Positions 12,128 to 22,849 of a DNA stretch of 64,000 bases are shown here, in pieces; position 1 is the first letter of the stretch; the number at the start of each line of letters is the position of its first letter. A model generated the notes under the pieces. The model saw nothing but the letters and a program-made list of their open reading frames with translations, made no database searches and was not told the origin of the DNA. Source of the stretch: Octopus vulgaris (lineage: Eukaryota); the NCBI GenBank assembly GCA_951406725.2, contig OX597828.1, positions 9,734,001 to 9,798,000 of the forward strand, read 5' to 3'. The translations under genes and the position numbers were made by a program.

Positions 12128-12449
12128 AACTTATATATAAGGGCAAACGAAAAAATTTCGAATGCCAAATATGCCGAAAATTGGACATATTGTCCATTAC
12201 CATATAATTTATCACAATACGCATGCTATTCGTAAAAAAGCTAACAGAAATTTCTTTAAAATTCCATTATTACCATATCGGACCAATTTCAGAGTTAGTT
12301 CGTAATAACCCTCCCTTCGTCAGTGATAAATGTGGTAAAGAAATAAATGAGATACTTACTTGTGATAAATTATATGGTAATGGACAATATGTCCAATTTA
12401 CGGCATATTTGGCATTAGAATTTTTTTCGTTTACCCTTAGTTATAAGTT
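12128..12449. mobile_element. MITE with about 80-90 bp terminal inverted repeats
   Basis: taagggcaaacgaaaaaa...ccatataatttatcacaa (12138-12217) is inverted as ttgtgataaattatatgg...ttttttcgtttaccctta (12360-12439). The interior is non-coding. Confidence 0.85.
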
Positions 12450-12459
12450 ATATATATAT

Positions 12460-13162
12460 ACATATATATGAAACTCAACTTGTGTGTCTGTGTGTGTATC
12501 TGTGTGTGTGACCTTTTTTTTCAACTTCCCGGCATATCTCCTCCTAGCCAACAAATCGTAGAACCGCCAAAAATAGGTCACTTAAAGTTTAGGCGAATGA
12601 AAATTGAACTGCGCTATTTCTCGCAAGTGCAAAAATCGATAATGTGTTTGTTTAGGCCTTATATCATGCATTGAATAGTGAACTTTACTCAGGCAGCTGT
12701 TTGACGTGAACTGTGTTCACCACGCGTGCAAGCATGCGTAAATTGCATGAAAAAAAAAGATCAAGATAAAAAGCGAATCGCCGTAAACATCGTAGAAATT
12801 CGGCAAAGAAATGAATTTTCGGGATGTAGCCTGGAGGATTTTTTCGTATTAATTGTCTGGACTTTGTGAACACATACCAATTGTTTTCATAACATTTTTA
12901 ACGCTTTCAATTAAATGTGACCATTTTGCGTTGAGTCTGCAGTTTGAATCACTTTAACTAAATTTTATCAAGCCGGATTTTTGATCATCACGATACATCG
13001 CCAGCGACTCCCTGAAACTCTCCCCTGAAATCCCCGTTGAGAAATCTATATATATAAAACTCAACTTGTGTGTCTGTGTGTGTATCTGTTTGTGTGTCTG
13101 GGTGTTTAACTTTTGGATCTACCAAGTTTCATTATTAAGGATGGAAAGTAGTGTGTAGCAAA
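12460..13162 (+). mobile_element. two truncated non-autonomous Helitron 5' segments
   Basis: atatatatgaaactcaacttgtgtgtctgtgtgtgtatctg at about 12462 recurs as a|TCtatatatataaaactcaacttgtgtgtctgtgtgtgtatctg at 13045. Confidence 0.6.
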
Positions 13163-13558
13163 TCTATATATATATATATATAAAGCTGAAGTTGTCTGTG
13201 TGTGGTAGGTTTGGTAGCCTTCAACTAACACTATATCCTACGAGATCCTGCAGCGCAAGTTGACCAAAATTGAGAGTATGATAGAAGAAGGTTTGCTCTT
13301 CATTATGTAGCAGATAAAATTCAAATCGGACCATATTAACACCAAAAATTATTTATATCAAAAAAATGATTTTATTCTATGAAAATCCGTATTTTTTACG
13401 ATTTTTGACTGCTGTGTCACCATTTTCGGTGTATTTCAACTGGAAAAATGTTCACTTGAAGAGAATAATAACTTGCATAATGCAAAATTCTTACTTTTCA
13501 AAAATTCCAATTCTAAAGTGTCAAATCAAACCCAAGCAACACCGGGTGATACTGCTAG
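13163..13558 (+). mobile_element. non-autonomous Helitron
   Basis: It starts A|TCTATATA at 13163, has a degenerate hairpin cccaagcaacaccggg at 13531-13546, and ends CTAG|T at 13555-13558. Confidence 0.85.
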
Positions 13559-13622
13559 TAGATATATACAGACAAGAATACAATACGGGAATTGACTGGA
13601 CTATTTCATTATTCTAACGAAC

Positions 13623-14480
13623 TCAGAACAGTGAAACCTCTAAACAATGAAAGCAATTTTGATCGCAACCTAATACGGACTTTGAATATAAAGTGATGGA
13701 TCTAGTACCAGCAGATATATTGTGAAACGTTTTGACTTCTATATTGTTCCCCGTCATTGCGTACAATGGCTTTTGATATGAGTTGATTAATACATCGGAA
13801 AATGATGTTACCAACGTAAGAGATATGCAACCAAATAATCTTCTGCAAACTTTATCTTCATATCGGTTACATGAAAGCTCAATTATATATTCTGCAGTTT
13901 AACTGTAACAATTTGTTAAATATAATTTTCTATTTATATGAGAGCTGCCTACTTGTCGTCTTTTGTTTCTAATATGTAACATTCTTGCCATAATTGCACT
14001 GGGGTTAAGTAACCGGATTACAACATGAACACGAGTGGACACAGTTAATGAAATGAAATGCTTAAAAAGAGATTGAGAAACTGTTATAAAGCTACGTGGT
14101 TGTGAGAAAGGGATACAAACAATTACAAGCATGTTAATAGTTCTTAGTTCATAAACACCGGACGGAAGAGCGTTATAGATAACAACACATCTATTTGAAT
14201 TCATAACACTGAAGAACCAAACTACGTCCGGCAGCACATCACATCCACCAGGCGTTGTAGACCTTTGTCATTCTGCAACTTGCAATATATTAAATACGTA
14301 TAACTGAGGAGGATCAAAAGAAACGTAAAACTGACGTTGTTTGAACATGCAGTATTCAGGAAAGTAAGTGAATAATACAAGGCATTTGGCTAGTTTTCTG
14401 CTGATTGAACACCTCTCATCCCGAGAATTATAATAAAACCAGCCATGAAATTGCAGTTTGATGTGGCCTCTGTATCTAAT
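13623..14480 (-). pseudogene. decayed large exon (about 285 codons in one frame, two internal stops)
   Basis: ORFs 14268..14507, 13899..14237 and 13623..13814 are all in the same frame. Motifs LQFHG and YIIELSCNRYED resemble the 8.2 kb and 33.0 kb blocks. Confidence 0.5.
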
Positions 14481-14512
14481 TATAATGAGGACTATAACAC
14501 AAAACATTTTCT

Positions 14513-14524
14513 TCTACTACTACA

Positions 14525-14605
<81 letters not shown>
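14513..14605. repeat. (CTA)n microsatellite
   Basis: Directly visible. It explains the poly-Leu ORF 14445..14681. Confidence 0.95.
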
Positions 14606-14608
<3 letters not shown>

Positions 14609-14644
14609 TAAGACATTGATTTCACAATGGTACATGGCTTCAAA

Positions 14645-15020
14645 GGCGGCGATCTGGCAAAGACGTTACCATGCCGGGTGAAATTTTAGCAGTCCTTCGC
14701 CTGCCGCTACGTTCTGAGTTCAAAATTCCACCTAGGTCGACTTTGCCTTTCATCCTTTGGGGTGGATTAAATAAGTACCAGTTACGCACTGGGGTCGATA
14801 TAATCGACTTAATCTGTTTGTTTGTCCCCTCTGTACTTAGCCCCTTGTGAGTAGTAAATAAATAGGTCTTTATGTTCTGAGTTTCAAATTCCGCCGAGGA
14901 CGACTTCACCTTCCATCCTTTCGGGGTCGATAGATTAAGTACCACTTGTGTACTGCGGTCGATCTAATCGACTGCCCCCTCCCCCCAAATTTCGGGCCTT
15001 TTGCCTAGAACAGAAACGAT
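14645..15020 (+). mobile_element. dimeric SINE family B with degenerate 15-bp TSD
   Basis: The head is GGCGGCGATCTGGCAAAG, followed by two core copies. The TSD is tggtacatggcttca (14628-14642) / tggtgcatggtttca (15021-15035). Confidence 0.88.
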
Positions 15021-15120
15021 TGGTGCATGGTTTCAGATTCGGAAGGTGTTATAATCGATGATATTGACCACAGTACTTGAACGGCAAAGTTGAATGTAAA
15101 ATACATTAGCAGTAGAGTTT

Positions 15121-15353
15121 GACTCTTTTGCTCTTTTACTTGTTTCAGTCATTTTGAGTGTGGCCGTGCTGGAGCACCGCCTTTAGTCGAGCAAATCGAC
15201 CCCAGGACTTATACTTTGTAAGTCCAGTACTTATTCTATTGAGCTCTTTGGCCGAACCGCTAAGTGACGAGACATAGACACACCAGCATCGGTTGTCGAG
15301 CAGTGCTAGGGGGACAAACTCAGGCACACTAACACACAATATATATTCATATA
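15121..15353 (-). mobile_element. SINE family A, 3' half (split by the Helitron)
   Basis: Matches 180-410. The remainder resumes at 21481. Confidence 0.85.
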
Positions 15354-15475
15354 CTAGCAGCATAGCCCGGCGTTGCCCGGGTCTGTAAGAGCCCCTAGTA
15401 GGCAACGACTAATCCCAATGTAGTCCTTTCCCTCCAGGGAACGAAGGTGCATGTGGACGTTGCAATGTCTTGTCT

Positions 15476-18400
15476 TCACTGGAATACTTCTGTATATACG
15501 ATGTTCCTAGCTGTCCGTTTGGGCGAAAACATGAAAACATCATTGCGCCTCCCAACGCGTGAACAGCCCACGTAGAGTTGACCGTGGGCGAAGCACTGTT
15601 CGCCCAAATGTAACCCAGCGACTTGTAGCGTTTGGCCTTGGGATTTATTGATGGACATTGCGAAGCAGAGTTTAACAGGAAACTGAGAACGCCTGAAGTG
15701 GATTGGTAGGTCAGCGCCCGACGGTTGAAGGTGCATCCGTGGAATGAAGACGTCCTCTCCCTTCCCACAACCGGTAAGTATTGTGGCCGTTATTAAATGT
15801 GGTGCCAAATGTTTCACAACCAAACGTGTGCCGTTGCACTGTTTAGGTGGAACCAAATTCCTGATGAGCATAATGGGCGCACCGACTTTTAACTTCAGGA
15901 TGTGTGGTGGCAGGCCTGGCGGTTCAAGTGAATTCAGGAATTCAACAGGATAATCGGCAAGCTGGGCGGGGTCTGCTGTCCTATCTATAGATTTGTAGAC
16001 GTGGACATCACCAGGAATAGCTTCAAGTAGCTGGATATTGATGGAGTTGACGGTTGTATTTTTGGGTGCGAGAATAGCTCTGCCTGCCAGCCATTTTAGG
16101 TCGCGTAAATTGTTTTGTAGGTCGTGGAAGACAGCGTCCCGGAGGATAGCAGGGGTGTCGACAATGGTGCAAAGTGAGTCCAATTGAACGTAGCCATCCG
16201 CATCAGACAGCATCCTATTTTCACCGAGCGATAAGAGGTCCCTGGAGAATGCAGCGGATCCGCTGTCACCAATTAACTGCGCGCACATGTTAGCTTGGAG
16301 GTGCAAGGGCCGCACATGTGCCCAAAGAGCTGACGACTTAAGGCACGCGCGCACGGCATCGGCACGGGTTCCTTTTGGAATAACAGGTAGAGTCTGCCTG
16401 AAGTCTCCTGAAAGAAGTAAAGTTAATCCTCCCATGGGGGCCGTAGAGTCTCTGATGTCTTGCAGGGACCTGTCCAGTGCCTCAAGGGCGCCTTTGTGTG
16501 CCATAGTGCACTCGTCCCATACGATGAGTTTGCATCTGCGCAGAATGTCGGCCTGTTCTGAGTTCTTGGCGATGTTGCAGATAGGTGACTCGGACTTTGC
16601 CAGATCGAGCGGGAGTCTGAAGGCAGAGTGGGCGGTTCTGCCACCCGGAAGCAACGTGGCCGCGATACCAGAGGAAGCTACAGCCAGGGCAATGTCCGTG
16701 TTGTGTCTGACCTCTGCCAGAATTAGTTTAGTGACGAAGGTTTTGCCAGTGCCGCCGGGTGCATCAAGGAAGAAAATCCCCCCACGTTGCTGTCTGACAG
16801 AGTCTACGATGGTGTTGTAGGCTATGCGCTGGTCTGGAAGCAGCCGTGGTTCATTATCTTGGACGTACTGGTGCAGTTCCTCAATGCAGTAGGAAGTTTC
16901 GCGTAACAATTCAACAGACATAACATTGGCGTGTTCACGTGTGGGTGGTGGAAGGCCGTACTCTGTTAAAGCAGACCCACCCATATCGATGACAGCGTCT
17001 TCGAGTTGAATGAGCGCAAAATTGTAAATGAAGTTGGTGAACGTGATCTCGGCGGAAGGGCAGTGTTGCTGAGCCGTACGTAAGAAGTCGTGCGACATGT
17101 CATCCCTGTATTTCATCCAGAGACTTAGTGGATCACTAAGCTGACATTTTTGAAGAAGGATTGCGAAAAGATGTCGTAGGGCCGAATGCGTTTGCAGTAA
17201 AGCACCCTCTGCCATCGTGGCGTCCCACTGGGAGTCATCCTCTAGAAGGCCAAGTCTCATACATGCTTCCCTGAAGGTGTCGCACAGAACCCCATTGACG
17301 GTACGTATATTGGCGAAACCTGTTGGACCAGTGACCTCATGTAGAAGGAGACGGAGGTAGAAGCATTCTTGTTGGTTTGGCGGGATGTTGTAAACTCGAC
17401 CCAGGCAGGAGTCAAACTTGACGCCTGGGAAGCTTTCGACGTTTTTGCCGGATTTCCGTCGAACCCAGGTGTTTTTAGACCACACGAAGTCGATGGGACC
17501 TGTGGGTACAAAAGCGTTCGAGCGAAGTCATCACGTTGGCATAATTTGAAGAAACCAGTCAACGTTGTGTCTTTAGGGCTGGTGGCTATCTGCACAGCAC
17601 TTTGCTCTGTGAAGTAAATCCGCTGTCCATTTTCCAAGTGTACAGCAAGCTGCACCACAGCCGGGTGTCTCTGATGGAGCGGGAAGCCGTAAATGCGCCA
17701 AAACGCTTCGTTGCTGCTGAGGTACCGGCCAGCCAAGTAGTTGGACACTTCGTCGCGACTAGTGGTCCTCTGGATGCTGAACATGGCAGCATCGCTGCCT
17801 TTGTTGATATATTTGCAGACATATTGTATTGACCTGATGGAGCTGCAGAACTCAACGTTGACGTGGGCTTTGAATATCTTTGACAGGAGAGGACAGTAGG
17901 GGACAATGTAGCTGTTGTCCACTTGATGTCGCCCAACCGTAATCGTGCGGCCTCCATTGGCTGGACTCCTTCGTTTGTACAGCGGATACCCATCGCCGCC
18001 TGTTTGAGTCTCCAAAGTGAACCGTTTAGGGAATCCCTTTGAGCAGGCTAATCCGTTTTTGTAGCATGGTGTGTTGGCGTAATTTGGTCCACAGGGCCCG
18101 TGTACCATGGTAGTGCGGACAATTTCGTAGAGTCCGGGGTCCTCATCGGGGTCAGGAATCTCGGCGGAAATGAATTTGTCAATGTCATTAGTCTCGATTT
18201 TATGAGTGAGCCAAATTAAGATGTGAGCATGTGGCAAGCCCCTCTTTTGCCACTCGACCGAAAACATGTGGCACCTGACATGCCCGAAAATCTGACCCTT
18301 AACTATCAAATCCTTCATTTTGCCCAAATTCAGACGGAAAACCCAAGCAACGATGTCGTGTCGATGGGTGTGAGATTGACCCGGGAGGCGTTCGCGAGTG

Positions 18401-20336
18401 ATTTCGTCGCAGCTGGGATTGCACGTGTAGGTGATAAAGAGGTCCGGCCGGCCGTAAATGCGCACGTAGGTCAAGGCGTCTTGGGTCCTTTCACGCATAT
18501 ATCGCGGTCCTCCCGTGAAGGTGGAGGGTAGAATGCATGGCTTGCCGATGTTGCGAGGGTCATTTTCTTGTTGCAAACCGTCACGGAGATGAATGTAGGA
18601 GTCGGAGCGAAGTTTGGTCTGATTAAGTTTAATGTATAGCAGCCTTTCCGATTCCATTTTTGCGGCCATGTCGACGGCGAACTGGTTGAATAGCTGACGA
18701 CAACGGGGCAATAAGTTGAACTCACCCTCCCTGACCATGAACCGGTATGAGTAGAACGCCCTGTAGGAAACCGTCTTTGATGCCGCAGTAGTTTGATTGA
18801 AGGGCTGCCGTAAAGGAATTCCGAAGTGGTAGCCGTCTTCCCCATAAGGGAAAAGCAATGGATACTGAAGCGCGTCATAAGATCTGTGAGTCTCGCTGAT
18901 CCTGTGTAGGTTGTTACCACGGGAGGAGATGATTATGTCACGGCTGTTGTGTTGCTCTCCGTGTATGACTGCGGCAATTTCGTTGCACGCAGGTGCGTTG
19001 AAACGGCGTTCGTGCTCCCCGTGGGGTCGTTTATCAGCATCAATGACAACGGTGAAGTTTGGAGATGGAGCACTGTCCAAGGCATATCTGAAGCTGCAGA
19101 CGTAGCTGTTGATATCATGAAGCATGGTTTGGAGACGGAGAAGAATGTCTTTGCGGGGAACATAGCTTGTACCCGGTATTATTCCAAGGCGTGCATCAAC
19201 CTGGTGGTTGTAGTCGGCAATGAAGTATATTTGGAGGAAAGAAGACTGCTGAATCTCGTCTGGCAGAAGTGACCCAATAAGATGGTAGACCTGTCCCTGC
19301 ACTTTGAAAGTAGGCATCCAGCCTTCTCTGGGAGGAATTTTGGCCCCGAAAGAGGTCATTTGGAATGAGCAGTTGTACTTTCGAATTATTTCAAGGAATT
19401 GTGACGAATCGGGGGTTAAACCCGCCGCGAGATCCTTCAGTGGTTGAGGTGGTTCCCGTAGGGGTGGCAGGTCCACTTTGCCACCAGAGCAGCACAAACC
19501 AGGTGGCTCACCGGGCCATTTCTTGGCTTTGCAAAACTGGCATACAATTGTCATTGACCCTATCTTGATGTCGTCACGCAAGGAGAAGTTAATTGTGGCG
19601 TCGTAGTTGAATGCTAGTGACAACCAGAAAGCGGGGGCAGGGGTACGTACACCACGAATGATATCCCGACGTTTGTTGATACTCTCAAGTCGAGTGCACC
19701 GTGCCTCAGCAGATTCAGATGCATGTGCGACAGCGGTAGCAGTGGCATCCCTTGAAAGCCTTTCAGCTCTCGCCTCAGCACCCTCTGAAGCCCTAGCAGA
19801 AGCAGTGCTAATGGCATATCTGGATGTCCGAATAGTCCGTTGGTGTGGAGTTTCGGCAGATCGAGCCCTGGCTGTTTGCGACGTTAGCAGCTTGGCGAGC
19901 TCTCCTCTGTTGAGGTGTTTCGGCAGCTTTGGCCATGACTTTGTTTGCGGCGTCAGCACATTGGCGAGTTCTCCTCTGCTGTGAGGTTTCGACAGATCGT
20001 GTCCTGGCGGTGCTAGTGGCGTTAGCCGCATTCCGAATGGCCCTTTGTTCGGGGTTCTCGCGAGCTCTGCGGATGGAAGCACAGTAAGAAGCCCGCATGT
20101 TTTGGCTGGACTGTTGCTCTTTCGTCAACCTCGAGCGGAGGGAAGATCTGTACGCTGCGACCCTTGCAAGTCGGGTAGAACGGTCGCTAGTAGTTTCAGA
20201 TGCTAGTAGTTTCAGTAGCTGTTTGCGAGAGGCGCAAGGCGGTTTCCTCGTGGGTCTCGCGTGCCCTTCTAGCCCTAGCAGCCGATGCCTTGGCCGTCCG
20301 AGGGCTGAGGAGGGTCCTTCTCTTCTTGGGTGGCAT
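15476..20336 (-). pseudogene. Helitron RepHel transposase (STPR-like repeats, HUH Rep, PIF1 SF1B helicase), three frameshifts
   Basis: The likely start is MPPKKRR at 20336. Rep motifs are PDLFITYTCNP, VEWQKRGLPHAHILIW and YVCKYINKG. Helicase motifs are DAPGGTGKT, IVWDE, GDFRQTLP, FAMSINKSQGQTL and HGQLYVGCSRV. Frame changes occur near 20200, 19876 and 17491. Confidence 0.92.
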
Positions 20337-20457
20337 TTTGGTGGATAGCAATGTGTTTGGCAAAGGTGTAATAAAAAGGAACACGTGGGGTAAGTATTTT
20401 GGTGGATAGCAATGTGTTTGGTAAAGGTGTAATAAAAAGGAGCTCGTGGGGTAAGTA
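20336..20457. repeat. 61-bp tandem duplication directly upstream of the RepHel start
   Basis: ttttggtggatagcaatgtgtttgg(c/t)aaaggtgtaataaaaagga..cgtggggtaagta occurs twice with period 61. Confidence 0.9.
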
Positions 20458-21480
20458 TCCGAAAATGTATAAAAATGTACAAAAACGGCCAAAAAGCTGG
20501 CAGCAATGTGAGTGACAACAACGAAAAAGTCAAAAGTGATCAAACTGAACAAACGAAAGGAAAAGTTTTTTGATGCACACGACAAAAGTGGTTTATAATA
20601 AACCAAGAGTTTGCAAGTAGCGTCCGAGGACCGTTAGGGTACGTCAAAAATTGAAGGTAAAACGTTTGGGGTGGTAGTTATAAAGAAAGTTTAAACAAAA
20701 AAAGTATTCGAATAACTTGCGGCTGCAGCAGCTATTAGCAGAAGTGGCGGTGTTGGGGGTAAAGTCTCGAATGTAATTTCTTCCTGGTAGGAATTGGTTG
20801 GATCGAATTATCGATAGCTAAAAAGGTCAAGTTGCGTCCCCTAGACAGTCTGGTTTGTGTTTAATACACAAATTTGTTTGCTATGTGTGCCACATATGAT
20901 TAAATTAACAGATTTTTTCCAATAATGTATCCTATTGGAATAAAAAGGGCTATATAGCTCCTTGGAGCAGACATGATGCGCGTTGTGAAAAAAAAAAAGA
21001 TTCCTGCCAATTTGTGAAAGATATTGTCGAAAATATGTCATCTTGAATTTGAACGCGATTTCCCAAAATGGCATGATTTTATCGATTGTTTCTGATGGTA
21101 AGGTATTGCATGGAAAACTAAAGTCAGAATTGAGTTTCTTAGGGTAACATTAAGCTTCACCATGAGTTTGGTGAAAATCGATTGCAAGTCGTGAAAACTA
21201 CCATAGATAATGCGTTGCATAAAAAAAGCTTAGATTCTCGAGTTGCGTCCCCTAGACAGTCTGTGGTTCATGTTTATGATTCTCGACCCCATGTCGAATT
21301 TATCAATTTTTTTCAGAACTGGGGGAACTTTTCAAAATTTTCGCTGCGTTAGTTTTGAATTATGACATTGGGCTATGTGTGTGTCAAGTTTCATCAGAAT
21401 CGGTTGAAAGCCGTGGTCAGGGTGAGGGTACGAGAAAACAGAAGCACGCACAGACAAACTGCCGTTTATATATAGAGAGA

Positions 21481-21506
21481 TACAGGCACACAAACACATA
21501 CACACA

Positions 21507-21568
<62 letters not shown>

Positions 21569-21820
21569 CATACATACATATATACGACGGGCTTCTTTGA
21601 GTTCCCGTCTACCAAATCCACTCACAAGGCCTCGGTCGGCCCGTGGCTATAGCAGAAGACACTTGCCAAAGATGACATGAAATATATTTGTGTGTGTGTG
21701 TGTTTCTTTTTTTTAGATTTATTTAAGTACTTAAGAGAGTTCAAACCGGTTACTTGCAAAGCAAGAATATATTTTGAGTTCATAGAGTTTTGTAAATATA
21801 TTTTGAGAGTGTTTGTATAC
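21481..21820 (-). mobile_element. remainder of headless SINE A plus about 120 bp of LINE 3' end
   Basis: 21580-21680 matches 3030-3131 and 21700-21817 matches 3150-3266. Confidence 0.8.
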
Positions 21821-21942
21821 TGAATTTTATAAGCCCCTCAGAGTTGACCTCCGTGGAATGGAAGACTATTTACCGCTAAGTGATTCCAAAATAACGACGG
21901 AAAGTAGCATGACTTACAGTGCATAACTGTCATACCAACTCT

Positions 21943-22359
21943 TATGTCGTTATTACCCACAGGGGGATAAGCATAGAGGGGGCAGACAAGGACAGGCAAA
22001 GGGATTAAGTCCACTACATTCAGTCCGGTGTGTAACTGGTACTTAATTTATCGACCCCGAAAGCATGAAAGGCAAAGTCGATCTAAGCGGAATTTTAAAT
22101 TAGAACGTAGCGGCAGACGAAATACCTATTTCTTTACTACCCACAAGGGGCTAAACACAGAGAGGACAAACAAGAACAGACAAACGGATTAAGTCGATTA
22201 TATCGACCTCAGTGCGTAACTGGTACTTATATAATCGAACCCGATAGGATGAAAGGCAAAGTCGACCTCGGCGAAATTTGAACTCAGAACGTAACGGCAG
22301 ACGAAATACCGCTAAGCACTTCGCCCGGCGTGCAAACGTTTCTGCCAGCTCGCCGCCTT
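21943..22359 (-). mobile_element. dimeric SINE family B with perfect 16-bp TSD
   Basis: The TSD ctgtcataccaactct lies at 21927-21942 and 22360-22375. The head is GGCGGCGAGCTGGCAGAAAC. Confidence 0.93.
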
Positions 22360-22727
22360 CTGTCATACCAACTCTACCATTCACAGAATTCACGATAAGG
22401 AAACGATTGATGATACACCTTAATACATCTACATTGCTAAGGCACACCAATATATACTGAATCATAAAAATTACCCATTGCGCTACGAACAAAATTTGAC
22501 AGTGAAATTCACAGTAATTAATCTAAAAAAAATTGCCCACCATACAGTCTGGAGAATCTTGAATCAATAATATCTACTGTCTTAGATAATCAACATGCAA
22601 TATAATATCACATTGATCATATTATCAACTTACACCAACTTGATACGAAAGCGTATAACGCGGCATACCTATCTACGAGTAAAATCCGTGTAGCTTCTGT
22701 TCCTTCTACGTAAATTTTCTGACACCA

Positions 22728-22728
22728 G

Positions 22729-22776
<48 letters not shown>

Positions 22777-22778
22777 AA

Positions 22779-22830
<52 letters not shown>

Positions 22831-22849
22831 TATATATATATATATATAT
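22728..22849. repeat. (CTA)n-(TAA)n-(TA)n compound microsatellite
   Basis: Directly visible. Confidence 0.95.

Larger units (their letters stand above)
15354..21480 (-). mobile_element. full-length Helitron (autonomous type, frameshifted)
   Basis: On the minus strand the 5' end is A|TCTCTCTATATATAAACGG at 21480. The 3' end has the hairpin CCCGGGCAACGCCGGG (15381-15366) and then CTAG|T at 15357-15354. There is no TSD, it encodes Rep+PIF1, and the split SINE halves flank it. Confidence 0.95.

Noticed and set aside
13899-14270. Idea that in-frame stops are rescued by cephalopod A-to-I editing to Trp
   Set aside because: The stops are TGA (5' G neighbour disfavoured by ADAR) and TAA (needs two edits). 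Sister blocks also contain frameshifts and TE insertions, so ordinary pseudogenisation is more parsimonious.
17257-20082. Treating the 941-aa and 669-aa ORFs as two separate genes
   Set aside because: Rep-side sequence LLYPQVPS continues as (F)VWSKNTW in the next frame after a 1-nt loss near 17491, so this is one RepHel gene. The first ~70 aa of the 941-aa call are out of frame.
15744-20409. Plus-strand and alternate-frame ORFs overlapping the Helitron (e.g. 16287..16820, 19607..19984)
   Set aside because: These are shadow ORFs of a GC-rich coding region with no independent motifs.
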